A DNA stretch of 32,000 bases from Idiomarina loihiensis L2TR (GTDB lineage: Bacteria > Pseudomonadota > Gammaproteobacteria > Enterobacterales > Alteromonadaceae), in assembly GCF_000008465.1 (NCBI RefSeq), contig NC_006512.1:300001-332000 (forward strand). Reading direction: 5' to 3'. The notes beneath the pieces were generated by a model that saw only the letters and a list, made by a program, of their open reading frames with translations, had not been told where the DNA came from and did not search any database. Shown here one piece after another: positions 1 through 7,417 of this stretch (positions are counted from its first letter, which is position 1; every line of letters starts with the position of its first letter). Position numbers and translations under genes: made by a program.

Positions 1-537
1 AGTAACCGATTTCCCTTCAACCATCGGCAGAGCCCAGTTCACAACCGGAGACAGGATAACTTGCTGCAATTGCTCTACTCGTTGCTTGCTCGCTTCCTGG
101 AGGTTTCTGCTTTCTTGTTTTGCACTTACTGTTGTTTTTCCAGTTTTCCGGTTCATCGTCTGGTCGAAGCCGGACGAAATCAGTTCTCTAACCGGCTTTT
201 CCAAATTGCGTTTAGGATTTGAGTTGCTGAACTGAACGCTCTCATTAAACGAAAATGTTAGTGCCTGGGGAACGGCGCGGACATTAATATCAGGGTTCAT
301 CTTGTCTACACGGTAATCTAATATACTATGCAGGGATGCTGTGTCTGCTATTTGCCAGGCCCGGTTGTTTATCTCTAGTATCCGCGTACGCATATCTAAA
401 CGGTATTGTTCTTCTTTACCGATATCAGTCTCAAAACGGAGAAATTTTGTTTTCTCTGGCAAAAGAGCCGCTATGCTAATTGAAACGATTATAATTCCGA
501 CAAGAGCTAGAACGATTTTGCGTGACAAAAATTGCAT
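1..537 (-). CDS. hypothetical membrane-anchored protein, N-terminal 179 codons (gene runs off the left edge)
   Basis: Absent from the ORF track because it has no stop in the window. The reverse complement of 1..537 is an uninterrupted frame starting at ATG (537-535), preceded by AAGGA 6 nt upstream. Translation is MQFLSRKIVLALVGIIIVSISIAALLPEKTKF...: a short basic N-terminus, one TM helix, then a polar Q/E/K-rich region. The + strand ORF 341..541 is its antisense shadow. Confidence 0.6.
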   Translation of the reverse strand, partial: MQFLSRKIVLALVGIIIVSISIAALLPEKTKFLRFETDIGKEEQYRLDMRTRILEINNRAWQIADTASLHSILDYRVDKMNPDINVRAVPQALTFSFNESVQFSNSNPKRNLEKPVRELISSGFDQTMNRKTGKTTVSAKQESRNLQEASKQRVEQLQQVILSPVVNWALPMVEGKSVT

Positions 538-621
538 ATGACATCCTTGTTTAATGACTATTTTTATAGAGTAAAAAATCATAACAAATAATAGAGATGG
601 GATGTGAAACTTTGCGGTTTC

Positions 622-723
622 GAAGTCTTTATAGAGGCGGTGCTTAGAGACTCCCCAAAAAATAGTGTAGCTATGAAGTCTTGTAAGGGTCGCTCCTAAT
701 ATCGAGTATCGAACTCTTGTAGC
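622..723 (+). repeat. three spaced direct copies of a ~13-nt motif GAA(G/C)TCTT(T/G)TA(T/A/G)
   Basis: GAAGTCTTTATAG at 622-634, GAAGTCTTGTAAG at 675-687, GAACTCTTGTAGC at 711-723. Copies 1 and 2 stay similar for about 12 more nt. All lie in the 266-nt divergent intergenic region. Confidence 0.55.
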
Positions 724-738
724 AAGTGTTAGCTACAG

Positions 739-798
739 TTGAACAATATTCTGTACATGTACCAATACCTGTTTTATACTTGTTCAATAAATTGAACA
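739..798 (+). promoter_or_regulatory. putative yefM-yoeB promoter/operator
   Basis: Perfect 10-bp palindrome GTACATGTAC (753-762) containing TGTACA (752-757). It is flanked by the inverted pair TTGAACAA (739-746) / TTGTTCAA (780-787) and a further TTGAACA (792-798). A -10-like TATACT (775-780) lies 17 nt after TGTACA. TGTACA is the core of the E. coli yefM-yoeB operator palindromes. Confidence 0.6.
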
Positions 799-811
799 TG
801 TTGAGGTGTAT

Positions 812-1066
812 ATGAGAATAGTCTCTTTTACTGAAGCCCGAAATGGCTTAAAAGCAGTGTTGGACAGCGTAATCAACGATGCTGATACAACGGTTATTAC
901 CCGTCGTGACTCGGAAGATGCCGTGGTTATGTCTTTAGATTACTACAATAGCCTAATGGAAACGGTTCATTTGCTCCGTTCGCCGGCAAATGCTGAGCAT
1001 TTGAATAAATCTATTGCTCAATACAAAGAAGGGAAAGCCAAAAAGAGAGAGTTATTAGATGAGTAA
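812..1066 (+). CDS. yefM: type II antitoxin YefM (Phd/YefM family)
   Basis: [20 protein letters not shown]...[27 protein letters not shown] aligns along its length with E. coli YefM ([26 protein letters not shown]). ATG 812 has GAGG 5 nt upstream and is preferred over the track start GTG 806. Confidence 0.93.
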   Translation: [84 protein letters not shown]

Positions 1067-1322
1067 GAGGTTGCTGTCATGGACTGATGAGGCCTGGAAA
1101 GACTATTTATATTGGCAGACTCAAGATAAAAAGACACTTAAACGTATCAACAGATTAGTTGCCGATGTTAAAAGATCGCCGTTCGAAGGTATTGGTAAAC
1201 CTGAGCCGTTAAAAGAAAACCTGGCGGGTTTCTGGTCGCGGCGAATCGATGATACGAATAGACTGGTATACGCAGCCGACGACAGTGCAATTACAATTAT
1301 TTCTTGTCGTTATCACTACTAA
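1059..1322 (+). CDS. yoeB: type II toxin YoeB (ribosome-dependent mRNA interferase)
   Basis: WKDYLYWQTQDKKTLKRINRLVADVKRSPFEGIGKPEPLKENLAGFWSRRIDDTNRLVY...CRYHY is near-collinear with E. coli YoeB. There is an 8-nt ATGAGTAA overlap with the yefM stop. Confidence 0.95.
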   Translation: MSKRLLSWTDEAWKDYLYWQTQDKKTLKRINRLVADVKRSPFEGIGKPEPLKENLAGFWSRRIDDTNRLVYAADDSAITIISCRYHY

Positions 1323-1511
1323 TTAAGCATGCCAAAGCTAGGACGATGTGCAAGAGAGTCGGAAGGCGAAAAAGTGACTGTTAGCAATTGTCAACGAAAT
1401 TGAGTTTAGAGCTAAGTCGCTTGTAAAGAGTTAGCAAAGCCAGGCTCGGCGATGGCTTTTCCGTTGCGGCTTCGCTACTATTCCAAGGCTGCGATCTGAA
1501 CAGAAAGAGGA

Positions 1512-2009
1512 TTGGCTGTGCAGTTAGAAAACCTTGCTGAGTGGCTTGAAGGACTTCGGAAGGAAGACGACCTTCTTGTTGGTGAGCTGCATGTGCCCTT
1601 CTTGCAACAAAAAGAATCTATAGAAGTCTGCTTTGTGGGCCAGAAGAGGGCAGTCACGGAGAGTCAGCAGAAGACGCTGCTGGGTTATCTTGAGCAACTT
1701 GATACCATTCATCAGCAGGCCGTGGAACGAATCTTTACTGACTACCAGACAAATGTCGACATCTATCGGAGAGCTTTTCAAGAGTGGGGTGAAGATCCCG
1801 ATGAGCATGCTCCTCTCGTCAATTCTGCTGAAGACTTAGCCCCAGTTATGTTGTATCAGAGCTTATTTATTCCTTCCTGGAAGGATGTAGGGACTTTCGG
1901 CATGGGGTTTTGGGCTAAGTGGGAAGTTGAGCATGGCGTCGGAATAAAATTTGAGAGCTGGCGCCTACTTGAAGCAGGCGAAAACTCTGTTCATTTTTGT
2001 TTTGAATAA
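1512..2009 (+). CDS. hypothetical cytoplasmic protein with C-terminal W-x-x-EHG-x-G motif (DUF6985-like, immunity-protein-like)
   Basis: 165-aa ORF with no signal peptide and an acidic composition. The C-terminal FWAKWEVEHGVGIKFESWRLLEAG resembles a family I recall as DUF6985 (memory only). The start is either TTG 1512 or GTG 1518; AAGAGG at 1505-1510 favours 1518. Confidence 0.65.
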   Translation: MAVQLENLAEWLEGLRKEDDLLVGELHVPFLQQKESIEVCFVGQKRAVTESQQKTLLGYLEQLDTIHQQAVERIFTDYQTNVDIYRRAFQEWGEDPDEHAPLVNSAEDLAPVMLYQSLFIPSWKDVGTFGMGFWAKWEVEHGVGIKFESWRLLEAGENSVHFCFE

Positions 2010-2119
2010 ACAAGCCGTTAATAACCTCAGTCACATCGACATCTTTTTTCAAGGCAGCTTTATCTTTCGTTCTAAATTAACTTATGCAGCGGGCGTTCTG
2101 ACTTTAGAGGTAATAAATC

Positions 2120-2674
2120 ATGAAAAAAACAATAGTAATGTGTTTCCTTATTTTCAGCGGGCTGTTACAGGCTGATGAAAAAGTCACTAATTTTGAAGCA
2201 GTTGGTAATTTAGAGTCAAAGCATGATGTTGGCTGCATCAAATACATTGAGGCAAAAAATATTTATACCCCAGCTGATTTATTTAAATCATCGGCAGCTT
2301 GTGCTAACCAAAATAATGTAAAAGATGCGGCCAGATTATTTCTGCTTGCGAGAATTTATGGTTCCTACGACATAAAGCGAGTCAGTGACAGTAGTGCTCA
2401 CCAAGGTATTATGGTTTTAGTTCAAAATACGTTTGCAGATATGGGCAAGAATGCAAATTCAGTTGAACAAGAGATTAACGAAAATCTGATAGGTAAAGAT
2501 AAAGAATTTTCGGAGTTCTGTCGGGTAGTCAAAAGTATAGGTAAACCAAGCTACCACCCTCAGTATATGATAAGTCATGGCATGGGGGCATTTACTGACA
2601 GCAAAGGTAATGGGTTGGTTGAAAATTTTAATGAAGATCAAGCTTGGCTCGAAACATTGTCCCATTGCGGGTAA
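2120..2674 (+). CDS. hypothetical secreted protein
   Basis: MKKTIVMCFLIFSGLLQA|DEK is a signal peptide. AGAGG lies upstream. The mature protein has 4 Cys. The region is visibly AT-rich. No family recognised. Confidence 0.72.
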   Translation: MKKTIVMCFLIFSGLLQADEKVTNFEAVGNLESKHDVGCIKYIEAKNIYTPADLFKSSAACANQNNVKDAARLFLLARIYGSYDIKRVSDSSAHQGIMVLVQNTFADMGKNANSVEQEINENLIGKDKEFSEFCRVVKSIGKPSYHPQYMISHGMGAFTDSKGNGLVENFNEDQAWLETLSHCG

Positions 2675-2729
2675 ACCGTTATGTAACTGGCAATTGCCTT
2701 GTATGGCGGGCGTTAGGAGAGTTTAAAAA

Positions 2730-3110
2730 ATGATAGAGCTGTACTTCTTAGTAAGCGTCTTTGTAGGAATAGCGGTAATTGTTGATGGTGTTGTTTTATA
2801 TAAAGCCAAAGGCGTTTGCTGGACGAACAAAATACAGTCGTTCACAACCACTATTGAATTTTTATGGGTTATTGTTTCTATCATTACCTTTTTTACGCTA
2901 GAGTTATCACACTTCCAGATATTAATTCCTTCTCTTTACGTCGTGCATAATATTTTTGGCTGGGCGTACGGCTCTTATCTTGTGTCAAAGTCACCTGAAG
3001 TGAAGAATGGTACAAAAGCGTTGGTTGTACCTTACTGGTATCTTATTTTTGGCATGACCGTTGGTATCGTATTCAGTATAAGCAGTTTATGTGCACTCAT
3101 ACTCTTATAA
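2730..3110 (+). CDS. hypothetical small integral membrane protein (about 4 TM)
   Basis: 126 aa, almost entirely hydrophobic helices (LYFLVSVFVGIAVIV, FLWVIVSIITFFTL, ILIPSLYVVHNIFGWAYG, YLIFGMTVGIVFSISSLCALILL). AGGAGAG lies 8 nt upstream of the ATG. Confidence 0.7.
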   Translation: MIELYFLVSVFVGIAVIVDGVVLYKAKGVCWTNKIQSFTTTIEFLWVIVSIITFFTLELSHFQILIPSLYVVHNIFGWAYGSYLVSKSPEVKNGTKALVVPYWYLIFGMTVGIVFSISSLCALILL

Positions 3111-3160
3111 CCAATGGCTTAAATGGTTAATATGAACACGAAAACACTTAGGTACCAAAA

Positions 3161-3715
3161 ATGGCATTACAAGCAACTCCTTATAAAATTTCACTGGATA
3201 TATCAGATACTGATCGCGGTGTTTACGAGAGTGTGAAATTTACTGTTGCACGCCATCCATCTGAGACAGAGCTGCGTTTAGCCTCACGAGTACTGGCTTA
3301 TGCGATGTTCTATCATCCGCATTTAGCCTTTGGCCGGGGGTTATCCGATACCGATGAAGCGGCACTTTGGGAAATAGATCTCACCGGTGAAATTCAGCAT
3401 TGGATTGATGTTGGCCTACCGGATGCTGCGCGGGTTATTAAAGCCAGTCGACGTGCACCGAAGATGTCCGTAGTTGTGTATGGCAATGCGCGTTTGTGGC
3501 GAGAAAAAGTGCTACCGAAGTTTGCCCATTTAAACAACGTGAATGTGTTTGTTTTACCGCAAAATGAGCTAGCGGAAATTGCTGAAAAATTACATCGCTC
3601 AACACACTGGGGCGTAATGATAAGCGATGGTCAGCTGTATATCAGTGATGGTGATGAGCAGGTGATTGTTGCGCTTGAGTGTTGGCATGGTGAAATGCCC
3701 GAGGCATCGCTGTAG
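3161..3715 (+). CDS. yaeQ: YaeQ family protein (PD-(D/E)XK-like fold)
   Basis: MALQATPYKISLDISDTDRGVYESVKFTVARHPSETELRL... aligns from residue 1 with E. coli YaeQ (MALKATIYKATVNVADLDRN...LTLARHPSETQERM). Confidence 0.9.
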   Translation: MALQATPYKISLDISDTDRGVYESVKFTVARHPSETELRLASRVLAYAMFYHPHLAFGRGLSDTDEAALWEIDLTGEIQHWIDVGLPDAARVIKASRRAPKMSVVVYGNARLWREKVLPKFAHLNNVNVFVLPQNELAEIAEKLHRSTHWGVMISDGQLYISDGDEQVIVALECWHGEMPEASL

Positions 3716-3757
3716 GTTAATGGGCATTACAAATAAGTGGTGCAGTGGTTCTTCGTT

Positions 3758-3784
3758 GCGGCTTTGAATGCACTCCAAAGCCGC
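3758..3784. terminator. hairpin between convergent genes
   Basis: Perfect 9-bp stem GCGGCTTTG (3758-3766) / CAAAGCCGC (3776-3784) with a 9-nt loop. It sits between the yaeQ stop and the stop of the minus-strand lipoprotein gene. There is no clear U-tract on either side. Confidence 0.5.
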
Positions 3785-3798
3785 GCAGCGTCATTTCG

Positions 3799-4623
3799 TT
3801 AACTTTTAGTCAGGTAGCCGAGTTCAATCAGTGTTTCGCGGACTCGCTTTTTGATGTATTTGGAATTCCGTATAAAGTACCGCTGAACAGAGGTGTTTTC
3901 TGCGTCGACTTTATCCAGCATCTCGTCTTTAAGCTTACGCGCTACATGAGCTGGCGCTAAAGGGTCTGTGACTATGCCGATAGTGTGACTGCTAAGCCTG
4001 TTTTGTATCGCCATTGTGTCGGCGTACCGGCCTGATTCAGCTACTTTGGTATAAACTTCGTCAGCTGGCAAATCATAGATGTCGGCATAAATTTCACGTA
4101 ATTCGTCGAGGCCTTCCTGCTGTTCCTGATCGGTGTAATCTCGCATGCTCATCGCGTGCTCTACTGAAAGTTCCGCTGTGGTCAGCGGATTGATAACACC
4201 GTCGTAGATGTCGCGCGCTCCAATGGTTACGGTTTCCCAATACGGAGCCAGCGTTACTGTAATTTTAGGCAGAGGATTTTTTCTAGGCCAGGATGCAACT
4301 AAATTGTAACCTAGGTGAGGAGCTTCGGACTCCCAACTGAGCTCGTAACTGCCGTCGGGGTTGGTTGTGGTTTTAGGATCTTTTGAGTTGCATCTGAAGG
4401 TTTTTTTTAAATCGGCGCAGACTTCCACATTGCTAACTCCTTCTTCAAATATAACTTTGCCGGATACTTTAATGGTGCGGGTTTCTGGCTCGGCACTCGC
4501 CTGTTCAGTCGGGCTTTCATTGCTCTGAACCTGAGTCTCTTTAACTTCGGTTTCTGAATCGGAGTCGTTGCAACCGATTAAAACCGTACTCATTAAAATA
4601 AGACCAAAAAGTTTTGTTGGCAT
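3799..4623 (-). CDS. hypothetical lipoprotein
   Basis: MPTKLFGLILMSTVLIGC carries a lipobox (LIG|C), followed by an acidic S/T/E linker. ATG 4623 has AAGGA upstream. The 14-codon track extension to 4665 lacks an RBS. Confidence 0.8.
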   Translation of the reverse strand: MPTKLFGLILMSTVLIGCNDSDSETEVKETQVQSNESPTEQASAEPETRTIKVSGKVIFEEGVSNVEVCADLKKTFRCNSKDPKTTTNPDGSYELSWESEAPHLGYNLVASWPRKNPLPKITVTLAPYWETVTIGARDIYDGVINPLTTAELSVEHAMSMRDYTDQEQQEGLDELREIYADIYDLPADEVYTKVAESGRYADTMAIQNRLSSHTIGIVTDPLAPAHVARKLKDEMLDKVDAENTSVQRYFIRNSKYIKKRVRETLIELGYLTKS

Positions 4624-4740
4624 TTCAAAATCCTTTCGAAACAAAATGTAAGTATGTATATTCACATAGCGTAGTGGAAAGTAAAAGTTAAGAAAGCGTT
4701 AAGACAAGATGCCAGATGAAATTGGAGTTCAAAATCAAAC

Positions 4741-5853
4741 ATGCAAAATTCAAATAATGTTGTCGGCAAGCAGAGTAGTTACGACGAGCCAATGAATTTA
4801 CCTGAAGAGAGGGTTAAGTCGTTTATTTCCCATTGGTATGAACAATGGTTGCAAGCCGAGGCAAAAAGCGAGACTGAAAAGAATAACGATCAGGGGTTTG
4901 ATTTTGGCTACTGGCGTGATCTTATGTCCGCTGTCGATAAAGCTCACTTTGTTGCCGGCAGTGGTTCAGGGTCTGACAATTCGTTTGGGCCCGCCGACTA
5001 CGACCCGAATAACGAAAAAATCATTGAATGTGATATTCAAGGCGACTTGGCTCAACTGCTTACCGAGCTGCATCAAGATGAGGGTAGGCCTTCAAATTAT
5101 CATGCCTACGAGCTCAAGTTAGATGCAGAAAAAGACTGGAAAATAACGCGGATACATACTCTTTTTCATCCTCCCAAAAGCCCGGTTATTGCCCCTGAAC
5201 AACATGCTGATATTCTTGCTATGTCGAGCTCCGCTGCTCCCCTTATGAATAAACAAGAGAATTTAAACCTTAATGAACAGACTCTTTTTCAGAAAAACCG
5301 GCGTGTCACAATCCCGCATTTAGATGAAGGAGAGACAAAACTGGAAGAGGTTGGAAAGCTCCAAATTAGCTCAGGTATTCTCGGGATTCTAGATTTTGGC
5401 TATGATATTTACCGGTTTGAACCGCTGCAACGGAGGGTAACGCCGGGCGAGTATCTTGTTGAAACGGTAACCACTCATGATCGAGTCGCTGGCATTCGGG
5501 TAAAGCTAAGTGAAAGCGAGCAGGCAGTAAAATGGTACGCGGCGAATACACCGAGCGGTAATGGAGTTTATGGTGTCGACGCTGGAAACTTGGCTATATT
5601 CGATGTTGCGAACCTTGTGGAACTAAGCCATTTCAGAAAAGAAAAACTCTTTAACGAATGGAGCCTGGAGGGGAAAACAGAGCTGTTATCAATGACCGGG
5701 CAAGATGACTGCGTTATTTGCACCAGCGGTTTCGGCGATGGCGCTTATCCCGCATTTTGGGGCGTTAATGAGCAAGATGAAGTGGTCTCGCTGTACATTG
5801 ATTTCATGATCCTTGTACAAGAAACTGAAAACGGCTCATATGAGTCGATTTAA
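4741..5853 (+). CDS. DUF4241 domain protein with NTF2-like N-terminal domain
   Basis: The C-terminal half (ISSGILGILDFGYD...GVDAGNLAIFD...TSGFGDGAYPAFWG) carries the GFGDGxYP signature I associate with DUF4241. The N-terminal ~150 aa (SFISHWYEQW...YELKLDAEKDWKITRIH) looks like an NTF2/SnoaL-like module. Confidence 0.82.
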   Translation: MQNSNNVVGKQSSYDEPMNLPEERVKSFISHWYEQWLQAEAKSETEKNNDQGFDFGYWRDLMSAVDKAHFVAGSGSGSDNSFGPADYDPNNEKIIECDIQGDLAQLLTELHQDEGRPSNYHAYELKLDAEKDWKITRIHTLFHPPKSPVIAPEQHADILAMSSSAAPLMNKQENLNLNEQTLFQKNRRVTIPHLDEGETKLEEVGKLQISSGILGILDFGYDIYRFEPLQRRVTPGEYLVETVTTHDRVAGIRVKLSESEQAVKWYAANTPSGNGVYGVDAGNLAIFDVANLVELSHFRKEKLFNEWSLEGKTELLSMTGQDDCVICTSGFGDGAYPAFWGVNEQDEVVSLYIDFMILVQETENGSYESI

Positions 5854-5931
5854 AATATTCTGTCAGCACTTTGCAGCCTTTGAACAAACCGCTTATATTG
5901 GAAGCAGCGCTTAATAGGAAGAGGTAAGTCA

Positions 5932-6831
5932 TTGCAACATGCATTGTTAGTGGTGAATCCGAAGAGTCGGAATGGTCACTCTGAGGTGCTAACAGAAGCT
6001 ATCGATTTGCTCAGAAACTCCGGCATTGAGGTAGAGGTTTGCGTCACTGAAAGCGCATCTCACATGGCTTCCTGCATCGAAAATTACCGTGAGCAAGATG
6101 GTGTAGTTATTGTTGCCGGTGGCGATGGAACTATCAGCTCCGCGTTAGAGTCAATCTATAAAAGTAACCAAACCTTAGCCATTTTACCTATGGGTACGGC
6201 GAATGATTTCGCGCGGTCGCTGGGGCTGCCACAGGACGTTGTCCCGGCCGCACAGGCTATTATTGACGACGAGCGGGAACGCATAAACCTGGCAAAGGTG
6301 AACGGTAATTACTTTGTGAATGTTGCTCATGTTGGCTTAGGCGTAGAGGTGACCCGCGAGCTGACATCAGAAATGAAGAAGTATTTCGGAGTATTTGCTT
6401 ATCTGGGGGCCTTTACCAGCGTAATTAAACGCAATAAAAGTTTTAAAGTTGCTATAAAAGCCGATGACTGGGAAGACTCTGTAATAGCTATTCACCTAGC
6501 GGTTGGTAATGGCCGTTTTTACGGTGGCGGAAATATTGTTGATGAAGACTCCACATTGCTGGATGGACAACTGAACTTATTTTGTTTGAAGCCAATACGT
6601 TGGTGGCGGTTGCTATTGCTGGGGGTAAATTTCCGTCATGGTAATTTAGAAAAGGCAGAACGTGTGGTCTGTAAAAAAGCCCGGAAAATTAGCGTTAAAA
6701 CTTCCAGGCCTAAGCGGATTCAGGCCGACGGTGAGTTTAAAACAGAGACACCGGCTGAGTTTGAAGTGATCCCAAAGGCGATTGAAGTTATTGTTGGCGA
6801 TATGCCAGTGCCAAATAAAAACAAGGAATAA
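5932..6831 (+). CDS. lipid kinase, YegS/BmrU/diacylglycerol-kinase catalytic family
   Basis: LLVVNPKSRNG, VIVAGGDGTISSA and LAILPMGTANDFARSLGLP are DAGK_cat motifs. TTG start, with GAAGAGG 7 nt upstream. Confidence 0.87.
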   Translation: MQHALLVVNPKSRNGHSEVLTEAIDLLRNSGIEVEVCVTESASHMASCIENYREQDGVVIVAGGDGTISSALESIYKSNQTLAILPMGTANDFARSLGLPQDVVPAAQAIIDDERERINLAKVNGNYFVNVAHVGLGVEVTRELTSEMKKYFGVFAYLGAFTSVIKRNKSFKVAIKADDWEDSVIAIHLAVGNGRFYGGGNIVDEDSTLLDGQLNLFCLKPIRWWRLLLLGVNFRHGNLEKAERVVCKKARKISVKTSRPKRIQADGEFKTETPAEFEVIPKAIEVIVGDMPVPNKNKE

Positions 6832-6832
6832 T

Positions 6833-7273
6833 ATGTCGATATTACGCACAGATAATCAGGCCGATAGCATGGAAATTCTGAAGCTCGTCATTGAGACAAA
6901 GGATTACTACCGTGAAATAGCGAAGGTGGTCGAGGATGATAGCCTTGCCAACGAGCTTGATAGTATTGCCAGTAAAAGAGCCTCCTTTATTGAGCCGTTT
7001 GAAAATATCGTTAAGGACTTCGGCGAGCTGCCGGCTAAACCCGACCCTGATAAAGAGCTGATGCAAATAATTGAAGGGGAGCTCACTCAATTTTTCTCTG
7101 CGGATTCTAAAACCGCTATTTTGGATAAGTGCCTGCAGGAAGATGAAGAGCTGGCATCTGTGGTAAATAGTACCAAACTGGGCGAAAAGTCGGCGGAGTC
7201 TCAGAAGCTACTCGACGCGTTGGCTGAGAACCTTAGTGACACAAAAAAATCAATTCAGGCGTTAAAAAATTAG
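6833..7273 (+). CDS. PA2169/DUF2383-type four-helix-bundle (ferritin-like) protein
   Basis: EILKLVIETKDYYREIAKVVEDDSLANELDSIASKRASFIEPF has the family-typical N-terminus. ATG 6833 lies 1 nt after the kinase stop (6829-6831). The track extension from 6782 overlaps the upstream gene. Confidence 0.7.
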   Translation: MSILRTDNQADSMEILKLVIETKDYYREIAKVVEDDSLANELDSIASKRASFIEPFENIVKDFGELPAKPDPDKELMQIIEGELTQFFSADSKTAILDKCLQEDEELASVVNSTKLGEKSAESQKLLDALAENLSDTKKSIQALKN

Positions 7274-7417
7274 TATGTAATACGGCGAGCGGGTAAATAA
7301 CCTAACCTACGATTCAGAACCATTCACACCTGAATTCCTACCGCTCACGCATTCCTTGTTTGTATCTGCCGGGCGGCTGGGCTAGCTTAGCAGTCAGTTT
7401 CCTAACGGCACTGACAC

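Noticed and set aside
341-541. Track ORF of 66 aa on the + strand
   Set aside because: It lies entirely antisense to a longer uninterrupted minus-strand frame (1..537) that has a proper ATG, RBS and TM-anchor N-terminus. It has no RBS and an odd composition.
1300-3200. A bona fide integron cassette array
   Set aside because: The junction motifs are suggestive (see findings). But the spacers are shorter than typical attC sites, I could not draw the expected imperfect hairpin with extrahelical bases, the core sites deviate from GTTRRRY, and no intI or attI is present. It is kept only as a motif observation.
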